Positions 16,010-30,266 of a stretch of DNA of 64,000 nt are shown here, piece by piece; positions within the stretch are counted from its first letter, which is position 1, and every line of letters starts with the position of its first letter. Made by a program: the position numbers and the translations under genes. Under the pieces are notes generated by a model. It did no database searches and was not told where the DNA came from. It was given only the letters and a program-made list of their open reading frames with translations. Source of the stretch: the human T2T-CHM13v2.0 reference genome, Homo sapiens; the NCBI RefSeq assembly GCF_009914755.1, contig NC_060934.1. One strand, 5' to 3'.

Positions 16010-16294
16010 TATATTGTTTTGTTGCTTGTTTGAGACAGGGTCTCACTTTGTCACCATCCAGGCTGGAGTGCAATGGCACAACCATAGCTTCAGCCCCTGG
16101 AGTAGCTGGGACCACAGGAGCATGCCACCATGCCCAGCTAATTTAATTTTGTTTTGTTTTGTTTTTTGTTTTGTTTTGAAGAGATGAGGTTTTGCTCCAT
16201 TGCCCAGGCTGGTCTTGAACTCCTGGGCTCAAGCAATCCTCCTGCCTCAGTCCCCAAAGTGCAAGGATTACAGGCATGAGCCACCACTCCAGAC
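16010..16294 (-). mobile_element. Alu (AluJ-like) with internal deletion
   Basis: Antisense Alu with a short right arm. Confidence 0.88.
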
Positions 16295-16307
16295 TTATTT
16301 CCCAGTC

Positions 16308-16487
16308 AAGCTCCTTAGGGCTTGCCTGATTTAAAGTAATAAACTAAGCATATGGAGGATGGGGTCTCCACAATAGAATGTGTACCCCCAACATTCCAAC
16401 ATATTACCTCACTGTCCAAGAGACAAAAAAATTGTATCAGTCAGTTATGTATTAGAATGTGAACTCAGCTACATTAGTTGCAAGACA
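16308..16487. repeat. 180-bp inverted repeat, right arm (partner 14497-14676)
   Basis: Same alignment; also visible as near-identical opposite-strand ORFs MYPQHS(I/N)ILPHCPRDKK. Confidence 0.95.
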
Positions 16488-16801
16488 GAGATCCCAAGAG
16501 GAAAGGAAGCCTTTGGTAAGAGTTTGTGTCATGAGCTCCTGCAGCACACCCCAAGAGTTCCTCTTTACAGGGCAATCATGAAGTCTCTGGGTTTTAAGTA
16601 CCATACCGTCTCCTTAGGAACACCTTGACGATAATAACCTTCCAGTGAGGAAGGTTCCCCACCTTCCCTCTCTTACCTCTGATACCACCTCTGAGCCCAT
16701 TCACTGCCTTTGACTTCATTTCATGCATTAAAGCTACTAATGCCAATTTGTCCAGAATAGCATACTAACCTGAATGTAGACCAGGTCCTGAATACATAGA
16801 T

Positions 16802-17018
16802 CAGGGCCAAGCAAACTATGGCCCTCTTGCCAAATCTGGCCTACCATATATTTTTATCAGTAAAGTTTTATTGGAATACTGCCATGTCCATTTGTATTAT
16901 ATCTGCTTGACTTCATGCTACAAAGGCAGAGATGAGTAGTTGTAACAAAGACCACATGGCCCATAAAGCTTAAAATATTTACTATCTGATATTTATAGAA
17001 AACATTTGCTATCCCCTG
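16802..17018. mobile_element. MER58A-like hAT-Charlie MITE
   Basis: caggg...caaact / tttgct...cccctg terminal inverted ends. Confidence 0.8.
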
Positions 17019-17027
17019 GTATAGATA

Positions 17028-17738
<711 letters not shown>

Positions 17739-17761
17739 CAATAGTAAAAGTAAGAAAATGA

Positions 17762-17810
<49 letters not shown>

Positions 17811-18322
17811 ACACATTGTGTACTTAGCTATTTAAAGCTCCTTTCATATACATAACCCTATTGGAAAATCTCAACACACTTTCTTTGGTTTTCCTACAAT
17901 AGTCTTGAGTAAGAAAAAGTAATTATTTTTTTAATATTGAAATAAGCACATGGCTTTAGCACAGTAAATGATAATAATCCATTTACTGTCAGTTTTCACA
18001 TATTCTACTTGCTAGAAAGGGCAAATGGTAATCACGTTATTAACAATTGTTGGCCTACTGAGGTCTGGAGTAAAATTAATCATAGATAATTTAACTAGCA
18101 ATTCTCCCCCTCATGCTAGGGACATGGCCACAAGAGCAGGAGGGCACAGGGAACTGGAGTCTTCTTATGCTGCTGGCTTCAGGCCTTTGAGAAAAGCCCT
18201 ATGTGAGAGCCACTATAGATGAAAATCACTCATTTCCTATCACATGTCTTCAATGTCTTGTGCATTGAAATCTTTTTATTTTGAGATGGTTTGGGCTTTT
18301 TAGTCCATTTGGGCTAACAACA

Positions 18323-18666
18323 TGTCTTAGATTGCACGGCTTATAAATAACAGAAATTTATCGCTCACAATTATGGAGGCTGGGAAGCCCAAAATCAAGG
18401 TGCCAGCAGATTTCAGTGTCTGGTGAGAGCCCGCTTTCCCTTTCATCAATGGCACCCTCTCCCTGCATCTCCTGCATCCCCACAAGGTGAAAGGGGTAAA
18501 CCAGCTCACTCAGGCCTCTTTTATAATGACACTAATCCCATTCATGAGGGCTCCATTCTCTTGGACTAATCACTTCCCAAATGCTCCACCTCCTAATACC
18601 ATCACCTTGGGGGTTAGGATTTCAACATATGCATTTGGGGGAAAACATAAACATTTGGACCATAGT
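18323..18666 (-). mobile_element. MLT1A-like LTR
   Basis: ggaggctgggaagcccaaaatcaagg...aacatttggaccatag. Confidence 0.8.
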
Positions 18667-18891
18667 AGATGGTTTTAAATTTTTCTTCCTTGAGTTTTTT
18701 GATACTTTTAAATTTTTTAAGGTAAACATATTATCTCTGTAATCAGAAAAAATTTGCTATTTAAAAATAAACTATACAAAAGGCCCATTAATTTCACATA
18801 CACCATTTAGATTATCTACATAACATCCCACAAAGCTAATCTTCTGGAAAAAAAAAAAAAAAAAACACACAGCCATTAAAAAGTAACTGTG

Positions 18892-19200
18892 GGCCAGGCA
18901 CGGTGGCTCACACCTGTAATCCCAGCACTTTGGGAGATCGAGGTGGGCAGATCACAAGGTCAGGAGTTTGAGACCAGCCTGACCAACATGGTGAAACCCC
19001 ACCTCTACTAAAAATACAAAAATTAGCCGGGATGGTGGTGCATGCCTGTAGTCCCAGATACTCAGGAGTCTGAGGCAGGAGAATCTCTTGAACCTGGGAG
19101 GCGGAGGTGGAGGTGGCAATGAGCCGAGATCATGCCACTGCGTTCCAGCCTTGGCAACAGAGCAAGACTCCGTCTCAAAAAAAAAAAAAAAAAAAAAAAA
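18892..19200 (+). mobile_element. Alu (AluS)
   Basis: Full dimer; TSD gtaactgtg/gtgactgtg. Confidence 0.95.
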
Positions 19201-19213
19201 CCCGTGACTGTGT

Positions 19214-19555
19214 CCATGGACATAGAAAGTAGAAGGATGGCTACCAAAGGCTGGGAAGGGTAGCGAGGTGCTGGGGAGAAGGTGGGGATTGTAAATGGGC
19301 ACAAAAGAAAAGATGAATTAGACCTATCATTTGATAGCACAACAGGGTGACTAGAGTCAATAATAACTTAATTATATATTTAAAAATAATTTAAAGAATG
19401 TAATTGGATTGTTTGTAACTCAGAGGATAAATGCTTCAGGGGATGGATACCCCAATTCTCCATGATGTGCTTATTTCACATTGTGTGCCTGTATCAAAAC
19501 ATCTCATATAACCTATGAATATGTACACCTACTATGTACCCACAAAAATTTTAAA
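19214..19555 (+). mobile_element. 5'-truncated L1MA 3' end
   Basis: catggacatagaaagtagaaggatggctacc...ctatgtacccacaaaaatt. Confidence 0.85.
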
Positions 19556-19559
19556 AAGT

Positions 19560-19887
<328 letters not shown>

Positions 19888-19889
19888 CT

Positions 19890-20386
19890 AGAGGTATCAG
19901 TTGGTGGCCTGTTAGGAATCAGGCTGTACAACAGGAGATGAGCGGCAGGCAAGTGAGCAAAGCTTCATCCTCATTTATGGTTGCTCCCCATCACTTGCAT
20001 TACTACCTGAACTCTACCTCCTATCAGATCAGTGGCATTGGATCCTCATAGAAGCCTGAACCCTGTTGTGAACTGCACATGTGAGGGAGCTAGGCTGCAC
20101 ACTCCTCATGAGAATCTAATGCCTGATAATCTGTCATTGTTTCCCCTGTGCCTCCGAGATGGGACCATCTAGTTGTAGGAAAACAAGCTCAGGACTCCCA
20201 CTGATTCTACATGGAGAGTCGTATAATTACTTCATTCTATATTGCAATGTAAAAATGATAGAAATAAAGTGCACAATGAATGTAATGTGCTTGAATCATC
20301 TGGAAACCATCCCTCCTCCCCCGGTCTGAGGAAAATTGTCTTCCACTAAAACTGGCCCCTGGTGCCAGAAAGGTTGGGGACTGCTG
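19890..20386. mobile_element. MER1A-like hAT-Charlie DNA transposon
   Basis: ggcctgttaggaatcaggctg...ggtgccagaaaggttggggactgctg. Confidence 0.8.
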
Positions 20387-20527
20387 CGGTATTCCATGGC
20401 CACCTAAATATTTCATGTATATCGCGGGATAGTCGTCCCCAGGGCTCAGCTGTAAAATCTAATACATGAGCTCCCCAGCCTTCTCTTGGCAGAGAATGCA
20501 CTTTTAAAAACATACACCTTATTTTTA

Positions 20528-20845
<318 letters not shown>

Positions 20846-21032
20846 GAAAATCAAAAACATACACTTTTAGAATAGATTTTACTTCTAGATTTACCCAAAA
20901 AAATGAGAAGATAATACAAAGAGTTCCTCTATGCCCATCCCACACAGTTTCAATTAACATCTTACATTATAGCCTATCTGTTACAATTAATGAGCTAATG
21001 TCGATAAATTATTAAAGTCAAAAGTGCAGTAA

Positions 21033-21323
<291 letters not shown>

Positions 21324-23907
21324 GAATCAATAGTACAATACATTCAAGACTTCCTGATGCCCTATTTCTCTTCCAGGATCTCATCTAGAATCTCACATTA
21401 CCTTTAGTGGTCATGTCCCCTTAGGGTCTTCTTGGCTGTGACAGTTTTTTAGTCTTTCCTTATTGTTAATGATCTGGACAGTTTTGGGGATTCTTGATCA
21501 GATATATTGTAGGATGCCCTCACTATTGGGATTTGTCTGATGTTTTTCTCATGATTAGACTAGAGTTACAGGTTTTAGGGGAGGAAGATCACATAGATAA
21601 GTGAAACTTTCATCACATCACATTAAAGGCACATACTATTGATATGACTGTTAATGTTTACCTTGGTCAATTGGCTAAAGTAATATTTGTCAGATTTCTC
21701 CACTGTAAAGCTACTCTTCTTTTCCCCTCTCCCTTTCAATACTGTGCTCTTCAGAAGGAAGTCACTATGCACAGTCCACATTTAAGGAGTGGGAGTTATG
21801 TGCCACCTCTCCTAAGGCAATTTTACCTACATACATTTGCCTACATAAATTTTTTTGAATTCTTCCACATAGGAGATTTGTCTCTTCTTCCCCATTTATT
21901 AACTTATTCAATCATTCACTCTAATCAATATGGGCTTGTGGATATTTTTCTTACACTTTGGGTTATAATAGGATGTACTTTTACAAAGATATAAAATATT
22001 AAAATACAGTGTTCCAGAAAAACCACAAGAGCTATGATCCAAGCCCTGCCTGTGCTGCTGAAATAATCGATGTCATTTATTGGGACAATCTGTTTCCATG
22101 TCCAGCTCTGTCCCTCTGGGGATAGTTCTCCTGCTATGAAAAATAAAAAAGATTAAAAGTTAAATGCTGAGCCCAGTCTTTCTCATTCCAGCCATACCTG
22201 ACTTGTGGCTTCTGTCTGCAATACTCATTTAAGAAATACTTGCAAAATGATCAGTCCATGAAACAGTGAGTCCCTAAATCTCTTAAAAGTGCTATTTGCT
22301 GTCCAATAAGGCAGTAAAGAACATTTTCCCTAGGATGTACTGTGGTTCAGACAGAAGCCCTGATTTTGCATAGAGCTCTTTCTCTTTTATTTCTTCACAC
22401 ACAACAATTGGAAAATTGACTTTCCCAGGAAAAAGGAGGGAGGCACATTTTTGTGCCTGTAATTGAACGTCAATGTTGAACTAAGAATCTCTCACATGAC
22501 ATAATAAAATTCATATCAAAGCATATTTAGATTTTTAGTTTATTGTTTAAAAAAACAAAGGTCTTTTGAACCCAAGGGAGGCATTCCCAACAAAGCACTC
22601 CTCTAAGAGAAGGTCAAGCATCGTGGGCAGGAATAGCACTGTTTTTCTGTATTCCTTCAGTACCCACGTACAATAGATGATAAATAAATACATGTGAGTT
22701 AATTAACTAATTGGAAGAACCCAGGCTCCTGCATCAGGAGGCCCACGTACCTGTCCATGACCTGGCTGTCTGTGCTGGAATCACTTTGTGATTCTGTGGC
22801 TCAGATTTTTTTTAGCAGGGGTAGGAGAGGCTGTTCATTCCAACTATCAAAAAGCAAAAACACTGCACATACTTTGTACTGGAAATTCTTAGGCTTCAAA
22901 ATACGTTCCAGGAAACCGACTGAGAAAATGTCACTGCTGGGTGAAAGTAGCCAGATTGATTATAATTGTGTGACAGTCACGGAAAATAGTTACACCACCA
23001 TTGCTAGAAACTTCCACAATTGCTCCTGAGATGAAAAGGGGCAGTGACAATAAAGAATAAAGCTGTTCCTCATAGCCATTTTTCTAGACCAAGCCAGATT
23101 TCAGCAAGATTAAGAATTAAACAATTTGTGTTTTTCTATTTTCTCCCCGCTTTTTATGTAATTTTTACCTTTTAAAATAAACTCTTATTACAGGAACAAA
23201 ACACATGTAGTGTAGAAAATAATGAAGTAGAAGTAAGTATAGCTTTAAAAATAAAAACATCACATTTCTGCCTTGCAGAGAACACCATTGTTAACAGCTT
23301 ACTGCCTGTCATTCTGTGTTGTTTTCTATGTATACGTGTACATATTATTTGTGTTTAACTGAAATGAGGTCATATACTATTTTATTGCCTATTTTTTTCA
23401 GTCATTGATCTCTATTATTTTAACTAATATCCAGACAATATTCAGATTTTCTAATTGACCCCCAAATGCCTTTTAGCTGGTTTTTTTCAAACCAATATCC
23501 CACTTAGGACAATGAGGGCATTGCACTTTTTCATTTTTCCTTTTTAGTCTGTTTTAATCTAGTTCATTCACCCAGACTTGTGAAATAGATAGTTTCAATG
23601 ATCCTGGAGAACGTTCCTTCTTCGGGGTTTGGATTTGTCCTTGCTGCTGTCTTACAGTGTTGTTTAGCCATTCCTGTTCAGTCTAAAGGCTCAATGGGCT
23701 TAAGCAACATCACATCAGAAGACACATCATATCTTAGCACAAGTTGATGATGCGGAGCCTGGCCCCTGGATCAATGTGATGATGGTCTAATATCATGTTG
23801 TACTTTTACTTTGTGCAAGTTTTCCCCTGCATCTGAGCATGTATCTGTGTGGTATAACTTTGCCACTATAGAAATGTTCCATTCTCCTTCAGCTAGCCAC
23901 CTAATGA

Positions 23908-24198
23908 TTTTTTTTTCTTTTTTTTGAGATGGAGTCTTCACTCTGTTGCCCTGGCTGGTTTGCAGTGGCCCGATCTCGGCTCACTGCAACCTCTGCCTCC
24001 CAGATTCAAGCGTTTCTCCTGCCTCAGCCTCCTGAGGATTACAGGTGCAGGCCACCATGCCCAGCTAATTTTTGTATTTTTAGTAAAGACAGGTCTTACC
24101 ATGTCGGCCATGGCTGGTCTCGAACTCCTGACCTCAGATGACCCACCCACCTCGGCCTCCCAAAGTGCTGGGATTGCAATGAGCCACCGCACCTGGCC
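23908..24198 (-). mobile_element. Alu (AluS)
   Basis: TSD ccacctaatgattttt on both sides. Confidence 0.93.
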
Positions 24199-26120
24199 CA
24201 CCTAATGATTTTTAACACAAATTGATCATGCATGCCCAGAGGAATACTCTCACTATGATTTCCAAAACCATATTTTCCTTTTTCTTCCCTTTTTTGCATA
24301 TTAAAATTATCTATCTCCCTTTGAGCATCCCAACTGTTTCCAGCCACTTGTGGATTCTCAAGTTACCATATCAATGGTCTCTTGAGCCTTCCAGCTAGGA
24401 TGGACACATATGAATGTATAAGCTTCCACATTGTTAGCATGAGGGAGTTAACTCTGCTCACATCTTCATGAACTATCACCCCAGTGCCTCCCTGTTTTGT
24501 AAAGACGCTACTTGAAATGTCATTCATATGTAAGGGCAACTGAGATAGGGGCATTAACTTCCTAAGTGGGATCATGATTTGGATTTTGGAAATACACATG
24601 CTTTTGTAGTGTTTTGCACATATTAATAGAAAGCATTCAAAAACTGGTCTTTTTTTTCCTTGTATGTTTTATTGTTCCCCACTCTCTGTTCCCCATCACT
24701 GCTTCACCTTCATGTTGCCATGAGATCTAGTAGGAAGGGGCTGACCCTATCTAAGTCAAGATCACTTGCTCCTATCATTTGTTCTGTTTGGCCTTCATAA
24801 CCAAAGAACACATGACTATTGGAGCAACAGCTTCCTGAAATTCTTGAACTATGGATGCTGGAAATGAAAGAACATGCTTTGATTGACTTTGTCTTGTGTA
24901 TCAGGCATTCTGTTAAGAACATAATTCTGAAACACCAATTTATGGGTAAAGAAAACTGAGGACAGAGATATTAAGATTCTTGCCCCATGCTTCAGACATT
25001 TAGTTGTCTATTGGCTACATTACCCCACTCCTCCCCTGCCGGCAAAGTTCACCTCTCACTCTAGAGACTAAATACGTCACAGCTAGGGCATAAGCATGTG
25101 ACTCATTCAGGCCATAGTATGCAAGAACAAATCTTCAAGGGGCTTCTGAGATATGCTTCTCTTCCTCATAAAAAGGAGTGTATAAGAAACTACCTCTCCT
25201 CACTTTTTTTCCTTTTGCTTTTCATTGTGATTGTGTGAGACAGTGATGCTTGGTGCTATGGCAGCCATCTTGTTACCATAGGACAATATGTTTGATGACA
25301 AAAGCCAGCATACCGACGATGGCAGAGCAGAAAGATAGAACTTGAATACTTGCTGGCATCAATTGAAACAGAACTTGAGTATCTGATGGCATCAACTACT
25401 AGCCTCAGAATTGCCCTGAGTTCCACCTTGCTTTTACATGAGATAGTAAATATCATCCAAACATCCTAACTAACACACCTAGGAAATCAAGGAGTAAGGG
25501 TGTGAGTCCCACTGTGTTTCCTATGAAAACAGGAGTTTCAATTTCCTAGTTCTCCTTGTTTGTTTCTAGATTGTAGAATATTCAAAGGAGATTCAAAGAG
25601 ACTGATGCCCCTGCCACGTTCTACCCAGCTGCCCCCAAATATGTGGCCTGATGCTTAGCTCTTCACTTATCATTGAACTAGGTCTTATTTTACAATGGTT
25701 TGGTCTGTGACTTACTGGCTGATGTTGGCCCCAAGTCCACCCCTCCATCAAGACTTGAACATGTCCTTAAGATCCAGCTCTGGGAAAGGCATCTCAAGCA
25801 CTAAACCTCCTCTTCTGCCTGCAAGGGTCAATGTAAGAGCCTGGACCTAATTGCTGCCTGGTAGTCCAAGTTAAATAAAAAGTAAATGCTAGGCAAATAC
25901 TCTGTCTTCAGAGCATGCTGCCTGTGTGGCAACATTTCTGCTAATAGACTCCAGCCATCAGCCATCTGTCCATCTTGATATACTGTGCATTGCAGATGAG
26001 AAGGAATGTTCCTTTCCCCTGCAGTATTGCATGTTGATATTTTCCTTCAGGGAAATACCTGAATTTCATATCACTCACCTCATTAAAATTTACCTTGCAT
26101 AGAACTAATGTAATATGTAC

Positions 26121-26394
26121 TTTTTTTTTTCTTTTGAGACAGAGTCTCACTCTGTTGCCAGACTGGAGTGAAGTGGCGCAACCTCCGCCTTCTGAGTTCA
26201 AGCGATTCTCCTGCCTCAGCCTCCCGAGTAGCTGGGACTACAGGTATGCACCACCACGCCCAGCTAATTTTTGTATTTTTAGTAGAGACAGGGTTTCACC
26301 ATATTGGTCAGGATGGTCTCCATCTCTTGACGTCGTGATGCACCTTGGCCTCCCAAAGTGCTTGGATTACAGGCATGAGCCACCGCGCCCAGCC
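26121..26394 (-). mobile_element. Alu (AluSc-like), short internal deletion
   Basis: TSD aatatgtactttt on both sides. Confidence 0.92.
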
Positions 26395-26522
26395 AATATG
26401 TACTTTTATAATAAAAATAAAGTCACAAATAAAAGCTTAAATTGCTTCCTTAGCGGAATTATACTTTTAAGGCCTGCCATTGCCTTAACTGGAAGGAGAG
26501 ATTCACACAGAACTACAGGTGC

Positions 26523-26541
26523 TTACGCCACCTAGTGGGAA
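26523..26541 (-). promoter_or_regulatory. Candidate CTCF motif TTCCCACTAGGTGGCGTAA
   Basis: Core CCACTAGGTGGCG matches the CTCF consensus; motif only, no binding data. Confidence 0.55.
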
Positions 26542-27110
26542 GAAATTTTTATTTCGGAGGGTTTTTCTATGCCACTTACATCCCTTGTGCACACAGGCCC
26601 GCGCGCGCGCACACACACACACAGTCACCAGGTGTGATGGCAGCCCACGAGCCTTATCAAAAAGGTGAATGTTGGGGCCAAGAGCAGACAGGACTTCACT
26701 GTGTTGCCTCTGATCCAGGAGGCTGCATAGGCAGAAGCTGTGTCTGTTTTTACTTAATATCTGAAATTGCCGGTACACTCTGACTCTGGGAGGAAGGGGG
26801 AAGCTACAATACAGAAAACCATTAACTTTGGGGACTGAAGGAGGGGACGTAAGTTGTTTGACCCTGCTAGTTATAATCATTGTTCTTTGCCTTTATTGGA
26901 ATAAGTAAATATAATCCTGTAGGTAAATGTGCATTTCTTGACATCTTGGATCTCCATTCTGCGTCAGGGGACCCCCAGCTCACTTGTCAGATGAGGAACG
27001 GTGAGTAAGGCTGAGCTCAGCCAAAAGTCATGAAATCAGAGAAACTTGTCCCCAGAACCCTGCAGTCTACCGCTTTTGGCTCTCCTTTCTCCTCTCAGTT
27101 CTAAGCCTAC

Positions 27111-27460
27111 TGTTAAATTAAGGTTAGCCTAAAGCTGCCTCCTTACATATTTTAAGTTTGGCCTAAAGCTTTCCCCATAAATAGTAAACTGTAACCCAAC
27201 TGGGTGTGTAAACAGATTGAAACCTACTCTAATACCAATCACCAAGTTTCAGCCACTCACAGGCCAGCTGTTCAAACTGTGTTCAAATAAGGCAAACGCC
27301 AAGCTGTAATCAATCTGGCTGTTTCTGTACCTCATTTCCATTTTCTGTACATACGTTTCCTCTTTCTGTCTGTAAATCATCTCTGACCATGCAGCAGCAT
27401 GGAGACTTTCTGAACTTGTTCTTGTTCAGGGACAACCCAATTCACAAATCGTTCTTTGCT
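27111..27460 (+). mobile_element. ERV1 LTR, MER57A-like
   Basis: tgttaaattaaggttagcctaaagctgcctccttacatattttaag start matches recalled MER57. Confidence 0.75.
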
Positions 27461-27752
27461 ATCTACCCAGGCAAGTCTCTTGCACACTGACCATTTTCTC
27501 CCCAGTAGTCACTATTCAAACATCCCCTCAGCTAAACCTTGGGGAAATGTCCACAACGATGGGATGAGAGCTTCGTGTGTTATTCTTCCGAAGTCTTCTC
27601 ATGGGCCCGGAGCACAATGCCTTATCCCAGAAATGAAGACTGCATCGTGAAATCTCAAAACGGGAGGAGAGAGAAGGATGATTGGATCATGGCTATCCAG
27701 CTGTTCCTCAGAATGTTTGTTTGGCCTATACTGAACGCAGCGAAAACATTAA

Positions 27753-28387
27753 TGTTACCAGAAAAGGAGCCCGATCCAGACCCCAAGAGAGGGTTCTTGG
27801 ATCTCATGCAAGAAAGAATTTGGATTGAGTCCATAAAGTGAAAGCAAGTTTATTAAGAAAGTAAAGGAATAAAAGAATGGCTTCTCCATAGCCAGAGCAG
27901 CCCCAAGGGATGTTGGTTGGCTGCTTTTATGGTTATTTCGTGATCACATGCTAAACAAGGGGTGGATTATTCATGAGTTTTCCAGAAAAAAAAGCAGGTA
28001 CTTCCTGGAACTGTGGGTTCCTCCCCATTTTACGCCCTATTGGGTAGCTTCCGGATGTTGCCATGGCATTTGTAAACTGTCATGGTGCTGGTGGGAGTGG
28101 CTTTTAGCATGCTAATGTATTAAAGTTAGCATATAATGAGCAGTGAGGATGAACAGAAGTCACTTTCATTACCCAAAAGTGGGGTTTGCCTGGCTTCTTT
28201 ACTGCATCCTATTTTATCAGTAAGGTCTTTGTGACCTGTATCTTGTGATACCCATCCTGCTGACCACCTAGCTCATCCTGTGACTAAGAATGCCTAACTT
28301 CCTGAGAATGCAGCCCAGTAGGTCCCAGCCTCATTTTACCCAACCCTTATTCCAAACGGAGTCACTCAGGTTCAAATGCCTCTGATA
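27753..28387 (-). mobile_element. ERV1 solo LTR MER41B
   Basis: Matches recalled MER41B over its full length; 4-bp TSD TTAA at 27749-27752 and 28388-28391. Confidence 0.88.
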
Positions 28388-28894
28388 TTAACACTCCAAA
28401 TAATGCCATAGAAGTGTTAGCTATTATCATCATCACCATCACCGTCATCATCAGGGCCAGGGATAGAGTCAGGCATGTGAGGCGCTCACTTTCAGAGTCA
28501 ATTTTCATCCCCACCTGCCTTACCCTCTTTCCAGCACTGACTGTCATCATCAATGAAGAGTTAGTAGCTCCCAGGCCCTGTTATAAGGCCGTTATATATT
28601 ATTAATTCATTTAATGAGAAGAGGAAACAGCCACAGAAATCTCACCAATAGACATTCTGCCCAAGTTACACAGTGAAAGAAGGGTAAACCTTGGATTTTA
28701 ACTGGTTTAACAATAGTTACACAGGTCTTACACAGGTCTCTTAAGTTTCTGACACTTGGAGACTCAGGGACTCAAGATATTGATTTTATTCATCACTCTG
28801 AGTACAAGCACCTCTTGGCAAAAATCTGATGACATATTTTAAGTAGGAAATTGCAAGATAAAGTAGTCAATTGTTAACGGTGGTAAGTTAGTCA

Positions 28895-29505
28895 ACTGTT
28901 GGTGGGAGTGTAAATTAGTTCAACCACTGTGGAAAGCAGTATGGTGATTCCTCAAAGAGCTAAAAGCAGAACTGCCACTCGACCCAGCAATCCCATTACC
29001 GGGTATATACCCAGAGGAATATAAAGCATTCTGCCATAAAGACACATGCACGCGAATGTTCGCCGCAGCACTATTCACAATAACAAAGACATGGAATCAA
29101 CCTAAATGTTCATCAGTGACAGACAAGAAAACGTGGTTCATATACACTGTGGAATATTATGCAGCCATGAAAAATGAGATCATGTCTTTTGTGGGAACAG
29201 GATAGAGCTGGAGGCTATCATCCTTAGCAAGCAGGAATAGAAAACCAAATACCGTGTGTTCTCACATATGGGTGGGAGGTAAATAAGAAGAACTCATGAA
29301 CACAAAGAAGGAAACAACAGACACTGGGGTGTTATTGAGTGGGGAGGGAGGGAGAGGAGCAGAAAAGGGAACTATTGGGTACTGAGCTTAGTACCAGGGT
29401 GATGTATTAATATGTACAACAAACCACCGTGACACACGTGTTTATCTACGTAACAAACCTTCGCAGGTACCCCATACCTAAAATAAAAATTAAAAAAAAA
29501 AAAAG
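28895..29505 (+). mobile_element. L1PA (old, L1PA15/16-like) 3' end with poly-A
   Basis: tgttggtgggagtgtaaattagttcaacc...cctaaaataaaaattaaaaaa. Confidence 0.9.
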
Positions 29506-30208
29506 AATCTGCCAGTGACCACAAGCAAATCAAACAGCCTCTCCATACCAGTAAGCAAATTGCAAACTCACACACCTTTGGCGCAGGAACAAATGATAAG
29601 GGAATTAAGGAGTACAGGTGTAGAATAACAGGGAAGTGCATAAAGTTACTCACAGTAAAAATTACTGGGACACGGATCTTGGCAAAACCTCTGTACAATC
29701 TGTCCGTTTTCTAACACTATATTCAACCAATGCTGGCCAAAGCAACATGTCTGTTGATAAAATTCAGCTGCAGATGGGGTTGTGGATCCAATGAAGTGAG
29801 CACGGTTTCCAGGAGGTATTATCAATGGCCAGGAGCTAATTCCTAACTTGGAGCAGCTGAAAACAATCACTCCCCATTTTACAGTAACAGCACACAGAGA
29901 TGCCAAGTTCTCTGGCTGAGCCGAGTCATCTGTGGAAAGTAGACACAATTCAATCTAAATAATAGAGAACAGCGGCAGCCTGGATTGATGTTTCCGCATG
30001 ACTCTCTGCTTAGTTCAAATTGGAGCCATTACCTCGTCGGATTTCTCAGCAGGCGGTTTAGCCTATAGGAGACATTCCCTATCCAGTAACAAATCTCATT
30101 TCTTCTCAGGCTGAAGGAGATAACAAAAGCCAGATGGCCCTTCAAGACTGTTCATGATGCTCAATGAGCCCAAGATGGATGCGGCCCATTTCTAGACTTT
30201 TTTCAGCT

Positions 30209-30266
30209 GAACCACAAGGTGGTGCTAAAGTACAGAAAATGCTGCTTCAGCCTGCAGGTGTCACCA
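30209..30266 (+). promoter_or_regulatory. Two tandem candidate CTCF motifs (30209-30227, 30248-30266)
   Basis: GAACCACAAGGTGGTGCTA and CAGCCTGCAGGTGTCACCA in repeat-poor sequence. Confidence 0.45.

Noticed and set aside
15604-16146. 180-aa ORF inside the inverted-repeat spacer as a transposase or cargo gene
   Set aside because: No recognisable domain; the C-terminal part is antisense Alu and low-complexity tail.
14422-16628. Paired ORFs MYPQHS...ISCKT on opposite strands as a duplicated small gene or toxin-antitoxin-like pair
   Set aside because: They are a by-product of the 180-bp inverted repeat, diverge as soon as the arms end, and show no splice, promoter or homology support.
25337-25397. 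33-bp-period imperfect duplication
   Set aside because: Short, diverged and inside an old MaLR-like relic; an ordinary slippage product.
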